From Planctomycetota bacterium (GTDB lineage: Bacteria; Planctomycetota; SZUA-567; H5-PLA8), in assembly GCA_038227875.1 (NCBI GenBank), contig JBBRPR010000013.1, positions 64,001-128,000 on the forward strand: a DNA stretch of 64,000 bases, written 5' to 3'. Under the pieces are notes generated by a model. That model had not been told where the DNA came from, ran no database searches, and was given only the letters and a program-made list of their open reading frames with translations. The translations under genes were made by a program, and so were the position numbers. Numbering within the stretch: the first letter of the stretch is position 1; each line of letters starts with the position of its first letter. This document shows, in pieces, positions 10,532-20,589 of the stretch.

Positions 10532-10710
10532 GGCGTTGGTGGCGCGCGATGGAGACGCCCGCCCGCAGAGCTCCCGGTGAGGGTCCTACCGTTCTGTCCA
10601 ATTTTTAACCGTTGAAGAAGGGTGCGTAAAGGAGAGGTCTGGCATCGGGTGTTGAAAATTTACCAGTTTGTACCCCGTTGTAAATTTGCAACAGGGATAC
10701 CCCGCTCGAA

Positions 10711-12888
10711 TTATTCAGACTTCGGCTTCTGATCCCACTCCGTCCACGCGTACAATGTAGAACGCTGAATGCCGAGCGCCTTGGCAGTCTTGGTCTTGTT
10801 GCCGCTGAATTGTTCGAGTACCCAGCGCGCGTACTCCACCTGCAACTGTTCGAGCGAACGGATCGCATCGGGATCGACCTGAAACGCACCATCCTTGATT
10901 TCCGCCACTGGCGCATCGCCCTTTTTTGTCTCACTCGGCTTTGCCGTCGACTCCGTGAGCAGCGGTCCGATCGCCACGGCGCGGCGGATGTCCAGCGGTA
11001 CGTCCGCAGCCGTCAGCTGCGTCACGGCCGCGCGCGCAGCTTCGCCCGCAAGTGGACGGGCCATCACGGCCATCCGCTCCAGCGTATTGCGGAGTTCGCG
11101 TATGTTTCCCGGCCAGCGGTACGCGCGGAAAATGTCGAGTACCTCCGGATGCAGACGGAATGAACCAAACGGTTCGAGCAGGTGTTCGCAGAGCAGCGTC
11201 AGATCGTCAAGCCGGTCGCGGAGCGGCGGCAGAACGACGTCCATGACGCGGAGGCGGTAGTACAAGTCCGCGCGGAAACGCCCGGCCTTGACTTCTTCCT
11301 CCAGGTTGCGATTGGTCGCGGCAACGATGCGGCAATCGACTTCGCGCAACCGCGATTCGCCCACGCGCGCGACTTTGGATTCTTCCAGCACGCGCAGCAG
11401 GCGCGTCTGCGCGTTGAGCGGGAGTTCGCCGATTTCGTCGAGAAACAGCGTCCCGTGCGAGGCCTGTTCGAAACAGCCCATGCGATTGGCGACCGCGCCG
11501 GTGAACGCGCCGCGCGCGTGGCCGAACAATTCCGACTCGATCAGGTTTTCCGGCAGCGCGCCGCAGTTGATCGCTTCAAACGGTCCGGCGCGGCGCTTCG
11601 ACAGCGTGTGGATGGAACGCGCCACGAGTTCCTTGCCGGTGCCGCTCTCGCCGAGAACCAGGATCGACGAATCGGTCTGCGCAACGCGTTCAACCACGGA
11701 AAGCACCGCGACGATCGGCTTCGACTTCCCGACGATCTGATAGCGGTCGGCGACGCTTTTGCGCAGCCGTTCATTTTCGCTAAGCACCGTCTGGCGGCGA
11801 CGTAGGTTTCCGAGCAGATTGCCGAGCGGATAGGCCGCTGCCGCGACGAATTCCAAGTGAGCTTCGGTAAACGGGCCGGAGAGCTTTTTGCCGACATGAA
11901 ACGGTTTGTAGAGGCGTTCGACGGCCAGAAAGCCCAGCACACCCCGCCCTGCCAACAGCGGACTGACAACCAGCGAAATGTGTTCTCGCTCGTCGGGCGC
12001 GGCCACTTTGGTGCCCGACTTGGGCTCATCGAATTTCTTCCGCGAGCGCGTGCCTGACGCGCGCTCGTCGTGCTCCACATCCCGCGACAGCACCGCCACG
12101 CAGCGCTCCCGCGCATAGGCAATCAGGCGCATGCGCGATTGCGTGAGTTTCGGGTCGAGAATCCGTGTTTCCTGAGTGCGGCGGTCGAGCGGCGACCAGG
12201 CTACAAAATCGTGAGCTGGGCCGTCGTTGGAGCCCGGGGGGCGGTCTTCGTTGGCGACCTCGAAAAGAATGCGCACGCGGCTGCCCGGCAGCGCTTCGGA
12301 AAGAATGCGCGTGGCGGTCGCGAACAATTCGTCTTCCGAATCGCTGGTGTTGGCTTCGCGCAGCAGCGAATACAGGCTGCGCAGCCAGACGCCGTATTCC
12401 GAAACGCCCGACGGCGCGGCGCGGATGGTCGAGGCTTGTATGTCCGGAGTGCGCAGGCCGAAGCGTTCGACCGGAACAAAGACCGCGCCCTGCGGCGCTG
12501 GTGTCGGGCGCTCAGCGGCCTGAGTTTTTACGATCATGCGCGAGGGCCGTGTCTTTGGATTTACGGGTTCCTGGACTTCGTCTGCGTCCGTGTAGGCCGC
12601 GGGAGTGCTGCGCGTGAACAACAGCGAGGCCTCGCCGATGCTGATCTCCTCGCCGTCCTGAAGTGAAACTTCTGATTCGATGCGCTGTCCAGCCAGTAGC
12701 GTGCCGTTGGTGGAATCCAGATCCGTCAGCAGAAAGCGCCCGTTGACCTCGCGGATCTGCGCGTGGCGCTTGCTGGCCATCGGGTCGGTGACAACGATGT
12801 CACAGGTCGTGCCGCGGCCGATGACCGTGTTTTCCGCGAGCCGGAAGACGCGTTGCGCCCCGTTTTCGCGCACGCTCAAAAAACTCAT
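10711..12888 (-). CDS. FHA-GAF-sigma54-dependent transcriptional activator (bEBP) with Fis-type HTH
   Basis: FHA (IGRG..SKRHA..DLDSTNGT), GAF-like middle region, GESGTGKELVA, ESELFGHARGAFTGA, LFLDEIGE, WPGNIRELRN, C-terminal GNKTKTAKALGIQRSTLY. Confidence 0.93.
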   Translation of the reverse strand: MSFLSVRENGAQRVFRLAENTVIGRGTTCDIVVTDPMASKRHAQIREVNGRFLLTDLDSTNGTLLAGQRIESEVSLQDGEEISIGEASLLFTRSTPAAYTDADEVQEPVNPKTRPSRMIVKTQAAERPTPAPQGAVFVPVERFGLRTPDIQASTIRAAPSGVSEYGVWLRSLYSLLREANTSDSEDELFATATRILSEALPGSRVRILFEVANEDRPPGSNDGPAHDFVAWSPLDRRTQETRILDPKLTQSRMRLIAYARERCVAVLSRDVEHDERASGTRSRKKFDEPKSGTKVAAPDEREHISLVVSPLLAGRGVLGFLAVERLYKPFHVGKKLSGPFTEAHLEFVAAAAYPLGNLLGNLRRRQTVLSENERLRKSVADRYQIVGKSKPIVAVLSVVERVAQTDSSILVLGESGTGKELVARSIHTLSKRRAGPFEAINCGALPENLIESELFGHARGAFTGAVANRMGCFEQASHGTLFLDEIGELPLNAQTRLLRVLEESKVARVGESRLREVDCRIVAATNRNLEEEVKAGRFRADLYYRLRVMDVVLPPLRDRLDDLTLLCEHLLEPFGSFRLHPEVLDIFRAYRWPGNIRELRNTLERMAVMARPLAGEAARAAVTQLTAADVPLDIRRAVAIGPLLTESTAKPSETKKGDAPVAEIKDGAFQVDPDAIRSLEQLQVEYARWVLEQFSGNKTKTAKALGIQRSTLYAWTEWDQKPKSE

Positions 12889-13116
12889 CGGAGCGGCCCG
12901 GCACTGGAGAAAGAAGAATGCATGCGCGTACTAGACCGTCTTCCGCGCAATGTGTCAAGTACGTGTACCGCAGGCAGAGAGTGCATCACGACGGCAGGTT
13001 GCTGGCGATACGCCAGAATTTTGCAAAACTTTCACCTCAAAACAATCTATTGCGCCCCGCAAAACGTACTAAGATGGGCGAAACTGTGCCGATCTGTTAG
13101 GAGTTCATCTCAAGAC

Positions 13117-14268
13117 GTGGAACTGTTGACGCTTGCCGTTGGCTGCCTGGCCGGACTTGTTGCGCTGGCCACCACGCCGCTGATGCGGGCGCTGGCGATC
13201 CGCATCGGATTCGTCGACAAACCCGGCGAACGCAAAATTCACACGCGCGAAATCGCCTACGGCGGCGGCGTCGCGGTGGCGGCCGCGTTTGGTGTTTCGC
13301 TCGCCGCGGCCTTCGCGGCGCAGCAGCGCTGGCTTAATATTCCATTCGAACAGGACAAGGTCCGCGTGCCCGTGCTGATCATCGTCGGCTGCGGTGCGAT
13401 TGGCGCGCTGCTGCTGGGCCTGGTCGACGACAAGGTTCGCCTCTCTCCGTACGCAAAACTGATCGGCCAATTCGTGCTCGCCATCGCCGCGGTTGCTGGC
13501 GGCGTGCGCATCACGGCGTTCATCGGCGATGGATTACTGATGCAGACGGTTACCGTTTTCTGGATCGTCGCGATCACCAACAGTTTCAATCTGCTCGACA
13601 ACATGGACGGACTCTGCTCGGGCACGGTCGCCATCGCCGCCGCGATGCTCGCGCTGGTGGCGCTTGATACCGCTAATTGGACGATGACCGTCGTGCTCGC
13701 GGCGCTCTGCGGCTCCTTCTGCGGGTTCTGGGTCTTCAACCGCGCGCCAGCGTCAATTTTCCTCGGTGATGCCGGATCGCTTTTTGCTGGTTTCATGATG
13801 GCCTGCGCGACAGCGCTGGTCACTTACTACCGCGTCTCGCGGCCCAGTCATCTGGCCATCGGCATCCCCGTGCTCATTCTCGCGATTCCTCTGTACGACA
13901 CGATTTCGGTCGTCGTGATTCGCATCAAGGAAGGCCGGCCGATCATGCGCGGCGATACGTCGCATTTCTCGCATCGGCTTGTCGATCTGGGCATGACGCG
14001 GCGGCAGGCGGTCACGACGGTGCATCTGGCGTGTCTGGCGATTGGATTGCCGGCGGTGGTGCTGGGGCAGCTTTCCGAAGAGCGCGGATTGCTCATTATC
14101 TGTCAGGCGTTGCTGGTGCTGACCATGGTCGCGCTGCTGGAACGCGCCGCGCGCAACCGCACGGAGCCGGTATTCCGTAAGCCGCCGCAGCAAGCGACGC
14201 CGCTCGACGACAAAAATCTCGCGCCGCCGGTGAATTCCGGAAGTGAAAATGTCCGCAACGACTCCTGA
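13117..14268 (+). CDS. MraY/WecA/TagO family undecaprenyl-phosphate GlcNAc-1-phosphate transferase
   Basis: VDKPGERKIH, GGVA, GLVDD, NSFNLLDNMDG, IFLGDAGS, HFSHRL; multi-TM. Likely GTG start at 13117 after AGGAG. Confidence 0.9.
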   Translation: MELLTLAVGCLAGLVALATTPLMRALAIRIGFVDKPGERKIHTREIAYGGGVAVAAAFGVSLAAAFAAQQRWLNIPFEQDKVRVPVLIIVGCGAIGALLLGLVDDKVRLSPYAKLIGQFVLAIAAVAGGVRITAFIGDGLLMQTVTVFWIVAITNSFNLLDNMDGLCSGTVAIAAAMLALVALDTANWTMTVVLAALCGSFCGFWVFNRAPASIFLGDAGSLFAGFMMACATALVTYYRVSRPSHLAIGIPVLILAIPLYDTISVVVIRIKEGRPIMRGDTSHFSHRLVDLGMTRRQAVTTVHLACLAIGLPAVVLGQLSEERGLLIICQALLVLTMVALLERAARNRTEPVFRKPPQQATPLDDKNLAPPVNSGSENVRNDS

Positions 14269-16939
14269 GAATTCAACCTCTACTTCAGTGCCTGAAAAGC
14301 GGCCCGCATCATTGGGCTCCGCATTGGGGTTGGGCGTCACGATGCTCGGCGCGATCTTCATCGTCGTCCGGCCGGGTAGCCAATTCACACCCTACGCTGG
14401 CGAAGCGGCGTTTGCCGGCATTGTTGCGTTCATGTTCGCGCTGTTTGTGGCCATGAAGGCATTTACGTCGCCATTGACCGTGTTGTTGCAGCGCCCACTT
14501 GCGATCGTGCTATTGGCGTGGCTGGCGTTGATCGGCTTCGGGCTCGCGCATTCGCCAAATCTGGGAGCGGGAGTTCCCGTGGCATCGGACGCGGGTGGCT
14601 ACGTCCTGCTGCTGCTGTGCGGATTTTTGCTCGCGAGACTTGAGCCGTCGCTAGTTTCACTCTTCACGCGAGCGCTGATCGGCATGTGCGCCGTTGAAGC
14701 GTTTGCGGCGATCTGGCAATGCATCATCGACCTCCCCCAACTCCGCGTGCAGATAGCCAACGGTAAAGTGGCGCTGCCGCATGAACTGCAGACGGGCCTG
14801 GCGGCGGCTCGCATCGCCGGAAATCTGGGCTACGGTTCATTCGCGAATCCCAATTCGCTGGCCGGGTTTCTGCTGATCGGAATTTTCCTGCTGCTGGGTC
14901 TGCTCTGGAGCCGCAAGCGCGCCGATACGGGCGAGCCTGCGAGCAGTTCCGTGGCGGCACAGATTCCCGGCTGGTTTATTCTGGCCCTGCTCGTCGGCGG
15001 CCTTGGATACAGCGGATCGAAGGGCGGATTTTTTGCGGCGCTCGCCGGGGCATGTTTCTTCGCCGCGCAAAAGGTTTCTGCAGATCGTCCGGCGCTCCGC
15101 CGAAAGTTGGCGCTCACCACCTTTATAGGGGTAGGCGCGGCCGTGGCGCTACTCGCCATCGGCACCGCTGGCTGGCTGGGCGCGAAGCCTTTCGGGCTAT
15201 CGATGGAAGTGCGGCTGGATTATTGGCGCTCTGCGTTCGGCATGTGGAAGTCGCATCCGCTGGGCGGCGTGGGTCTCGCGGGATTCGCGGATTACTATCC
15301 GTTTTTCAAAATGCCGCTCGGCGAGGAAGTGAAAGACGCGCACAACGACTATGTTCAGTTCGCGGCGGAACTGGGCATTCTGGGACCGCTGTTTTTTGGC
15401 GCGTTGTGGTGGCTGACATTGAAGCCCGGCCGCGAGCAGGTCGAAATTCCGCCTGAGCCGGATCTCGAACGCGCGAAACTGCTGGAACTATCGCTGATCA
15501 TCGGCGGCGTGCTTGCCTTCGTGTTGATGGACGGCGGATTTATGTGGTTCAATTCTGCCGACGCACTGAATGTGATTCACGGCCACCTCGATAAAGCAGC
15601 AGCGATCGGAGCATTTCACACGCTGGCGCTGCCATTCATTTTCGCCTGTGTAGTGATTGCGCTCCGTCCCCGGTTCGAAACTCTGGCTTGGTCGTTCGGC
15701 GCGCGAGCGGCGGTGGGTGCGGTCCTGGTGCATCAGCTGGTGGACTTCGATTTCCGTTCCCCTGCTACCATGGGCGGAATTTTTCTGATCGGCGGCATGC
15801 TGGCGTCGCTGCAACAAACGCCTCCAGAATCTTCCCCAGTTAAATCCAAACGCGCAGCGGCAACGGTGCTGTTACTCGCGCTGCTGCTGTTTCCGGCGAT
15901 GGTGTGGATTCCGATCAATTCCAGCAGTCCGCGCGCCAACGCCTCCGACATGGAATCCGAGATCCAGGATCAGACGCGCCTGGCCGCGTTGACTCCTGAT
16001 TCCGTCGACGCGCAACGCGCTCAGCAGATGCGCCAGGATATTTTCGACGAACGCAAACGCGCCCGCGATGCTACACCTTTCGACGCTGAGGCATGGATCG
16101 ATCTTGGATTTGCGTACGATCTGCTGCCAGACGCGTCGACGTCCAATCGCAAGGCCGCTTTGGAATGCTTCGAAAAAGCAGAGCAACTCCGGCCTGTCTC
16201 GCCGCTGCCGAAGCTTACACTCGCTCAATTTTATACGCGACATGCCTTTGAGGCGCTGCAGGCCAGGGACGCACAGGCCGACGACTATTTTCAGCACGCA
16301 GAGAAATACTACGCAGCCGCCGCGGAACGCTACCCGCTCCATCCGGGCATCCGGCTGTGGCAGGGCGATTCCGCAATGATGATTGGCAATGCGGCATCGG
16401 CCGCGGACGCGTACGCGCAGGCGTTGGCGGTTGACCTCGGCATTGAAGACACCAGCGTGCGCCTCAGCGCGATCTTTACCGATCCCCGCCCGGGCGCGTT
16501 TGCGCGACACGGCAACGACATTGCCGTGCGCAAGCTCATCGACCGGGAACTCGCTGACGAAAAGTCAGCCGCGAAATTGAACCCCAAACAGAAACAAGGT
16601 CTGCTCGTCCGCCGCATGGTCGCGCTGGCCTGGCTGCTTCACGAGCATGAGCAGCATCATGTGCTCGAGGCGAAGGATGTCAGCCGCACGCGCGATGAAC
16701 TGCTCGGCACCACGGAGAAATTGGTGTCGGGTACTGACGATCCAGCCGAACGCGCTCACTTGGCGCTCTTCCGCGCATTGGCGTATCGCATCATCGATGG
16801 TGAGAAGAATTTTACGGACGCCGCCAAAGCCGCGTGGACGGAAGCACGCGCACTCCAGCAAAAATCAATCGAATCCGGTCGACCGGGAACGCCTGAACGG
16901 ACATTCCAATCCATCCAAAATTTGTATGGCCCAAAATAG
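14249..16939 (+). CDS. O-antigen-ligase-like (Wzy_C/WaaL-type) membrane protein with C-terminal TPR-like region
   Basis: Multi-TM; GSFANPNSLAGFL, SGSKGG, VRLDYW..A..MWKSHPLGGVG, DAHNDYVQFAAELG; TPR-like helices after about aa 600; overlaps the end of the WecA-like gene. Confidence 0.85.
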   Translation: MSATTPENSTSTSVPEKRPASLGSALGLGVTMLGAIFIVVRPGSQFTPYAGEAAFAGIVAFMFALFVAMKAFTSPLTVLLQRPLAIVLLAWLALIGFGLAHSPNLGAGVPVASDAGGYVLLLLCGFLLARLEPSLVSLFTRALIGMCAVEAFAAIWQCIIDLPQLRVQIANGKVALPHELQTGLAAARIAGNLGYGSFANPNSLAGFLLIGIFLLLGLLWSRKRADTGEPASSSVAAQIPGWFILALLVGGLGYSGSKGGFFAALAGACFFAAQKVSADRPALRRKLALTTFIGVGAAVALLAIGTAGWLGAKPFGLSMEVRLDYWRSAFGMWKSHPLGGVGLAGFADYYPFFKMPLGEEVKDAHNDYVQFAAELGILGPLFFGALWWLTLKPGREQVEIPPEPDLERAKLLELSLIIGGVLAFVLMDGGFMWFNSADALNVIHGHLDKAAAIGAFHTLALPFIFACVVIALRPRFETLAWSFGARAAVGAVLVHQLVDFDFRSPATMGGIFLIGGMLASLQQTPPESSPVKSKRAAATVLLLALLLFPAMVWIPINSSSPRANASDMESEIQDQTRLAALTPDSVDAQRAQQMRQDIFDERKRARDATPFDAEAWIDLGFAYDLLPDASTSNRKAALECFEKAEQLRPVSPLPKLTLAQFYTRHAFEALQARDAQADDYFQHAEKYYAAAAERYPLHPGIRLWQGDSAMMIGNAASAADAYAQALAVDLGIEDTSVRLSAIFTDPRPGAFARHGNDIAVRKLIDRELADEKSAAKLNPKQKQGLLVRRMVALAWLLHEHEQHHVLEAKDVSRTRDELLGTTEKLVSGTDDPAERAHLALFRALAYRIIDGEKNFTDAAKAAWTEARALQQKSIESGRPGTPERTFQSIQNLYGPK

Positions 16940-16968
16940 CGAATGCGCGAGATCAAAAAACCAACTGT

Positions 16969-17394
16969 TCACGTGCCCGCACGAACCAACAACAATGGAA
17001 TCTTCGAATCGTGCCGCACTCGTTCAATTGTGCTGCCGAGCAGAAGGTCGGCGAAAAGTTTGTGCCCGTGGGTGGTCATCGCGATCAGGTTGCACTCTTC
17101 CGCGGTGGCCGTCTTCAAGATTTGATCAGGCGGATTGCCCAGCGCGAGCACGGTTTTTACGGTCAGTCCGCTTTCGCGCATCTGCGCGGCGACTTTTTCA
17201 AGGTACTCGCGATCGGACTTCATCTCTTCCGATTCGGCCATCTGGAGCGAATCGAAATTTCGAGCGACCCAGCCATCTGCAACGTGGACGAGCAGCAACT
17301 CCGATTTGAGCAGCCCCGCCAGTTGCGTGATTTCGCTGATCACACACGCATCACGCGAGCTATGTTCCAGCGCTACCAGAATCTTTCGATACAT
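16969..17394 (-). CDS. Universal stress protein
   Basis: MYRKILVALE, LLLVHV, GNPPDQIL, LIAMTTHGH..DLLLGSTIERV..PLLLVR; GGAG upstream. Confidence 0.9.
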   Translation of the reverse strand: MYRKILVALEHSSRDACVISEITQLAGLLKSELLLVHVADGWVARNFDSLQMAESEEMKSDREYLEKVAAQMRESGLTVKTVLALGNPPDQILKTATAEECNLIAMTTHGHKLFADLLLGSTIERVRHDSKIPLLLVRAGT

Positions 17395-17468
17395 GTCCGA
17401 CTCCCCCATATAAGGAAGGGAGAGTCTAAAAGGGCGGCAGTGAATTGCGAGGATTACCGCAAAAAAAG

Positions 17469-20435
17469 TTACGCGTAGACAGACTTCAGTAACGCTTCCG
17501 TTTCAGCGGCGATCTCTCCGCTTCCGGCCGCGGTGATCCGCCGCGCTTCTTGAATGACATTCAACAACAGGCGGTCCGCCGCGGGATTGGCGTCGAGTGT
17601 TTCCAGGATGCGGAGCGTGTTGAGCAGGATTCGCCCGTGTCCGAGGCGATGACTGCTGAGCAGCGTTCCGGAGACATATCCGCCAGAGACATTGGGCTGC
17701 CCGCAAGCGCCGGTGGCGAACGCGGCAGCGTAGACTTCGTCCGGTGCGGATTGATGCTGAAAAATCTCACGACTGATCAACGCGTTGTAATATTCCCAAT
17801 CCATCACGCCGGGTCCGTCGAGCCCGGAGAACACCGCGTGGCGCTTGGATACGCATTCCTTGTGGTAGAGCCAGTCGTTGTATTCGATGCAGGTTCCCTG
17901 CTCTTTCAGTGGCAACCAACCGGTCTTCTTTTCGCCGCGCGTGAGGACTTGCGGACGGAGGAACACCGCGGTGCTGCCACGCGCAATCTGGCGCGCAAAC
18001 TTCATCCATTCCGCTGCGTCGGGTGGTGTTTTGAAATGATTACCAACCAGCACGATTTCCGGAGCGTTGATGCCGTCCAACTTGAGCGGCGTGCACGTGA
18101 CGCCGTGGCGCGATAACCAGGTCACGCTCGCTTCATCGATGCCCCACGTCGACACGCATTCGTTCAACTTTGGCAACGCAGCAGAATCGGAGACATGAAA
18201 CGTGAGTCGTCCACCTGCCGGAGCAGCGCCGCGCTCGATGTTCGCCGCGAACGTGTATTCACCCGGAGGACCACTAATCGTGATCTCCTGCGCGAGCACC
18301 GGAACTGCCAGCGCGCTGCTGGTGATCTTCAATACAGAGCTGTGCTCCCACGCCAATCCCGCAGGACCAAAAATGCGCAGCTGTACCGGATAGTCGCCAG
18401 GCTTGAGCACGTCCTCGTTGGCGAGCACCGCTTCGATTTTAAATGGGCGGTCGGTGTAGACATGCATGGGTTCGACGAAGAGACACCAGCGCAACGGCGC
18501 CCAACCGTCGCTGACGGCATCGAACGTCCCCTGCTTCCAGCGCCGCCAGAAAGTCCACAGTCCTTCGCCCGTGATCGCATGATCCAGCATGCCGGTGAGG
18601 TTGTAGCCGCAAAATTTCGAGTTGGAACGCAGGCAATCGAATGTGAAGGCGCGCTGGCGTGAATGCAGTCGCTGGCTTTCGAGAAATAAATCTTCTGGAA
18701 ACGGGTACACCGTGTCGAATCCCCAGCGGCTCCAATCGTTGAGGAATTTCTCCGTCATCGAGCGGTTCAGCGCGAAGTCTTTCAACGCCGGATTCAAGCC
18801 AGCCTGCTCAAAGTGCCGCAGTTCGTGGATTGAATTCTGAAGACTCCCGATGCCGTACTCGGAAAGAAACATCGGTTTCGTTTCTGCACCGACGGTCCGC
18901 ACGAATTTTGTAGCAAACGGAGCCTGCGGAACGCGCGTGTACACATGGCAGTCGCCGGCTTGCTGCGCGTAACCGGCGACCTTGCTGTCATAATCGCACC
19001 AGGTCAGATTCGCGGGGAGCGGTAGGGCATTCGGAGCTTCCAAGCCCCAGGCGTGTTCCCACGATTGGCTTCCCGGATTGCAGACCGAACCGATATCCTG
19101 CCTGCCATCCCAGCGTCCGCTGCTCAGCAGGACCAGTCGCGAGTCATCCTGTTCGCGAACCACTGTCAATGCCGCCACCGCTTGATCAAAGACCGCTCCC
19201 GCCGGCGTCTCATTCAACATGCCCCAGATTGTGACGCTGGGATGGTTGCGATCGCGCTTGACCATTTCGCGCACGCCCCGGTCGAAGCGTTCCTTCATCT
19301 GCGGAGAATCCTGCAGGCACCAACCGGCATTGCATTCCTCGTAGACCATCAGGCCAAGTTCGTCACAGAAATCGAGTTGCTCCGGACACGCCACGCCGGA
19401 GATGAAACGGACCATGTTGAAGCCGCTGGCCTTGGCGTAGATCATGTCGCGCCGGAGAAATTCATGATCCGGCGGAGCCACTTGCCCGCCAGGAAGATGA
19501 TTGCCGGTGTGTGTGGATTTCAGAAAGAGACGTTTGCCGTTGAGCGTGAAGAAACCATCGACGACGCGAAAATCACGGAAGCCGCAGCGTACTGAAAGTG
19601 TGTGCACGGCCTTAGTGGACTCCGTCGCCGACACGCGGGCTGTCACTCGATAGAGATACGGATCGTCCAGGCTCCACAGCCGCGGGTTCGCGATCGTGAT
19701 TTGAGTCGAGAGTGTGGAACTGCCCACCGCGAGTTCATGATCAAGCTGTACTGTTTCGCGCGTACCGCCCTGCGCCGCGGGAGCGACGTCGAATTCCAGC
19801 GCGACATCGGTGGCCGCGCCTAGCGTATTGCGCACCGTCGTTGTGATTGTGAGCGTTTGGGTTTTTGCATCAGCTTTCACGAAGACGTCTTCGATATACA
19901 CAGCGGGAACGAGCAGCAGTTCGACGTTGCCGATGATTCCGCCGTAGTTGAAGGAGGCACCGGGCGCGCACTCGATGGAATCGCTCTTGTTCCGATTGGG
20001 ACGCTGGGCCCGAGCCTCGCCAACGGGATTGAGCACACGAACGGCAACCAGATTCGACGCATTCAACTTGAGGGCGTCGGTGATATCGAGCGTAAATGGC
20101 GTTTCAGGATTGTTAAAGCCGCCGACTTCCCGTCCGTTGATCCAGACGATCGATTCGTTATCGACCGCGCCGAAACGAAGTAGGTATCGTCCCTGTTGAT
20201 GCGGATTTTCCGCAGGCGTGAAGGTCATGTAATACCAGACCACGCCATGGCAATCGGGCAACGCCTGCTGGATGATCCCCGGCACGGGACAACTCACAGT
20301 CGCGGGCACTTGAGATTTGAACCACGCCTGCTTCATGCCGGCATCATCAGGATCCGCGGCGAGTTGCCACTGACCGTTCAGAGATTGCACGATGGTACCG
20401 CTGGTGAGGGACAATTCCCTGGGCTGCGTCATCAT
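17469..20435 (-). CDS. Glycoside hydrolase family 2 protein (no signal peptide seen)
   Basis: SLNGQW, LRFGAVD..VWING, PRLWSLDDPYLY, GFRDF..F.LNGKR, CDELGLMVYEE, RDRNHPSVTIWGMLNE (acid/base), FLSEYG (nucleophile). Start uncertain (20435 or 20474). Confidence 0.88.
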   Translation of the reverse strand: MMTQPRELSLTSGTIVQSLNGQWQLAADPDDAGMKQAWFKSQVPATVSCPVPGIIQQALPDCHGVVWYYMTFTPAENPHQQGRYLLRFGAVDNESIVWINGREVGGFNNPETPFTLDITDALKLNASNLVAVRVLNPVGEARAQRPNRNKSDSIECAPGASFNYGGIIGNVELLLVPAVYIEDVFVKADAKTQTLTITTTVRNTLGAATDVALEFDVAPAAQGGTRETVQLDHELAVGSSTLSTQITIANPRLWSLDDPYLYRVTARVSATESTKAVHTLSVRCGFRDFRVVDGFFTLNGKRLFLKSTHTGNHLPGGQVAPPDHEFLRRDMIYAKASGFNMVRFISGVACPEQLDFCDELGLMVYEECNAGWCLQDSPQMKERFDRGVREMVKRDRNHPSVTIWGMLNETPAGAVFDQAVAALTVVREQDDSRLVLLSSGRWDGRQDIGSVCNPGSQSWEHAWGLEAPNALPLPANLTWCDYDSKVAGYAQQAGDCHVYTRVPQAPFATKFVRTVGAETKPMFLSEYGIGSLQNSIHELRHFEQAGLNPALKDFALNRSMTEKFLNDWSRWGFDTVYPFPEDLFLESQRLHSRQRAFTFDCLRSNSKFCGYNLTGMLDHAITGEGLWTFWRRWKQGTFDAVSDGWAPLRWCLFVEPMHVYTDRPFKIEAVLANEDVLKPGDYPVQLRIFGPAGLAWEHSSVLKITSSALAVPVLAQEITISGPPGEYTFAANIERGAAPAGGRLTFHVSDSAALPKLNECVSTWGIDEASVTWLSRHGVTCTPLKLDGINAPEIVLVGNHFKTPPDAAEWMKFARQIARGSTAVFLRPQVLTRGEKKTGWLPLKEQGTCIEYNDWLYHKECVSKRHAVFSGLDGPGVMDWEYYNALISREIFQHQSAPDEVYAAAFATGACGQPNVSGGYVSGTLLSSHRLGHGRILLNTLRILETLDANPAADRLLLNVIQEARRITAAGSGEIAAETEALLKSVYA

Positions 20436-20589
20436 TGTGTCGATTAGACTCCGAAGATACTGCGCCGCATGCACAGCATGCCGCGTCTTTGAAGGATGTT
20501 TACTTATACCCGTCGCGATGCGGAACTCGCCATGGCGCGAAGTCCGAATTTCATGTCAATTTGTCTGGCTTCGGCTAGCATAGATCCGG

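Noticed and set aside
16969..17394. USP as a remnant of a disrupted mntH-usp operon
   Set aside because: Based only on recollection of similar USPs; no transporter remnant or insertion scar is visible.
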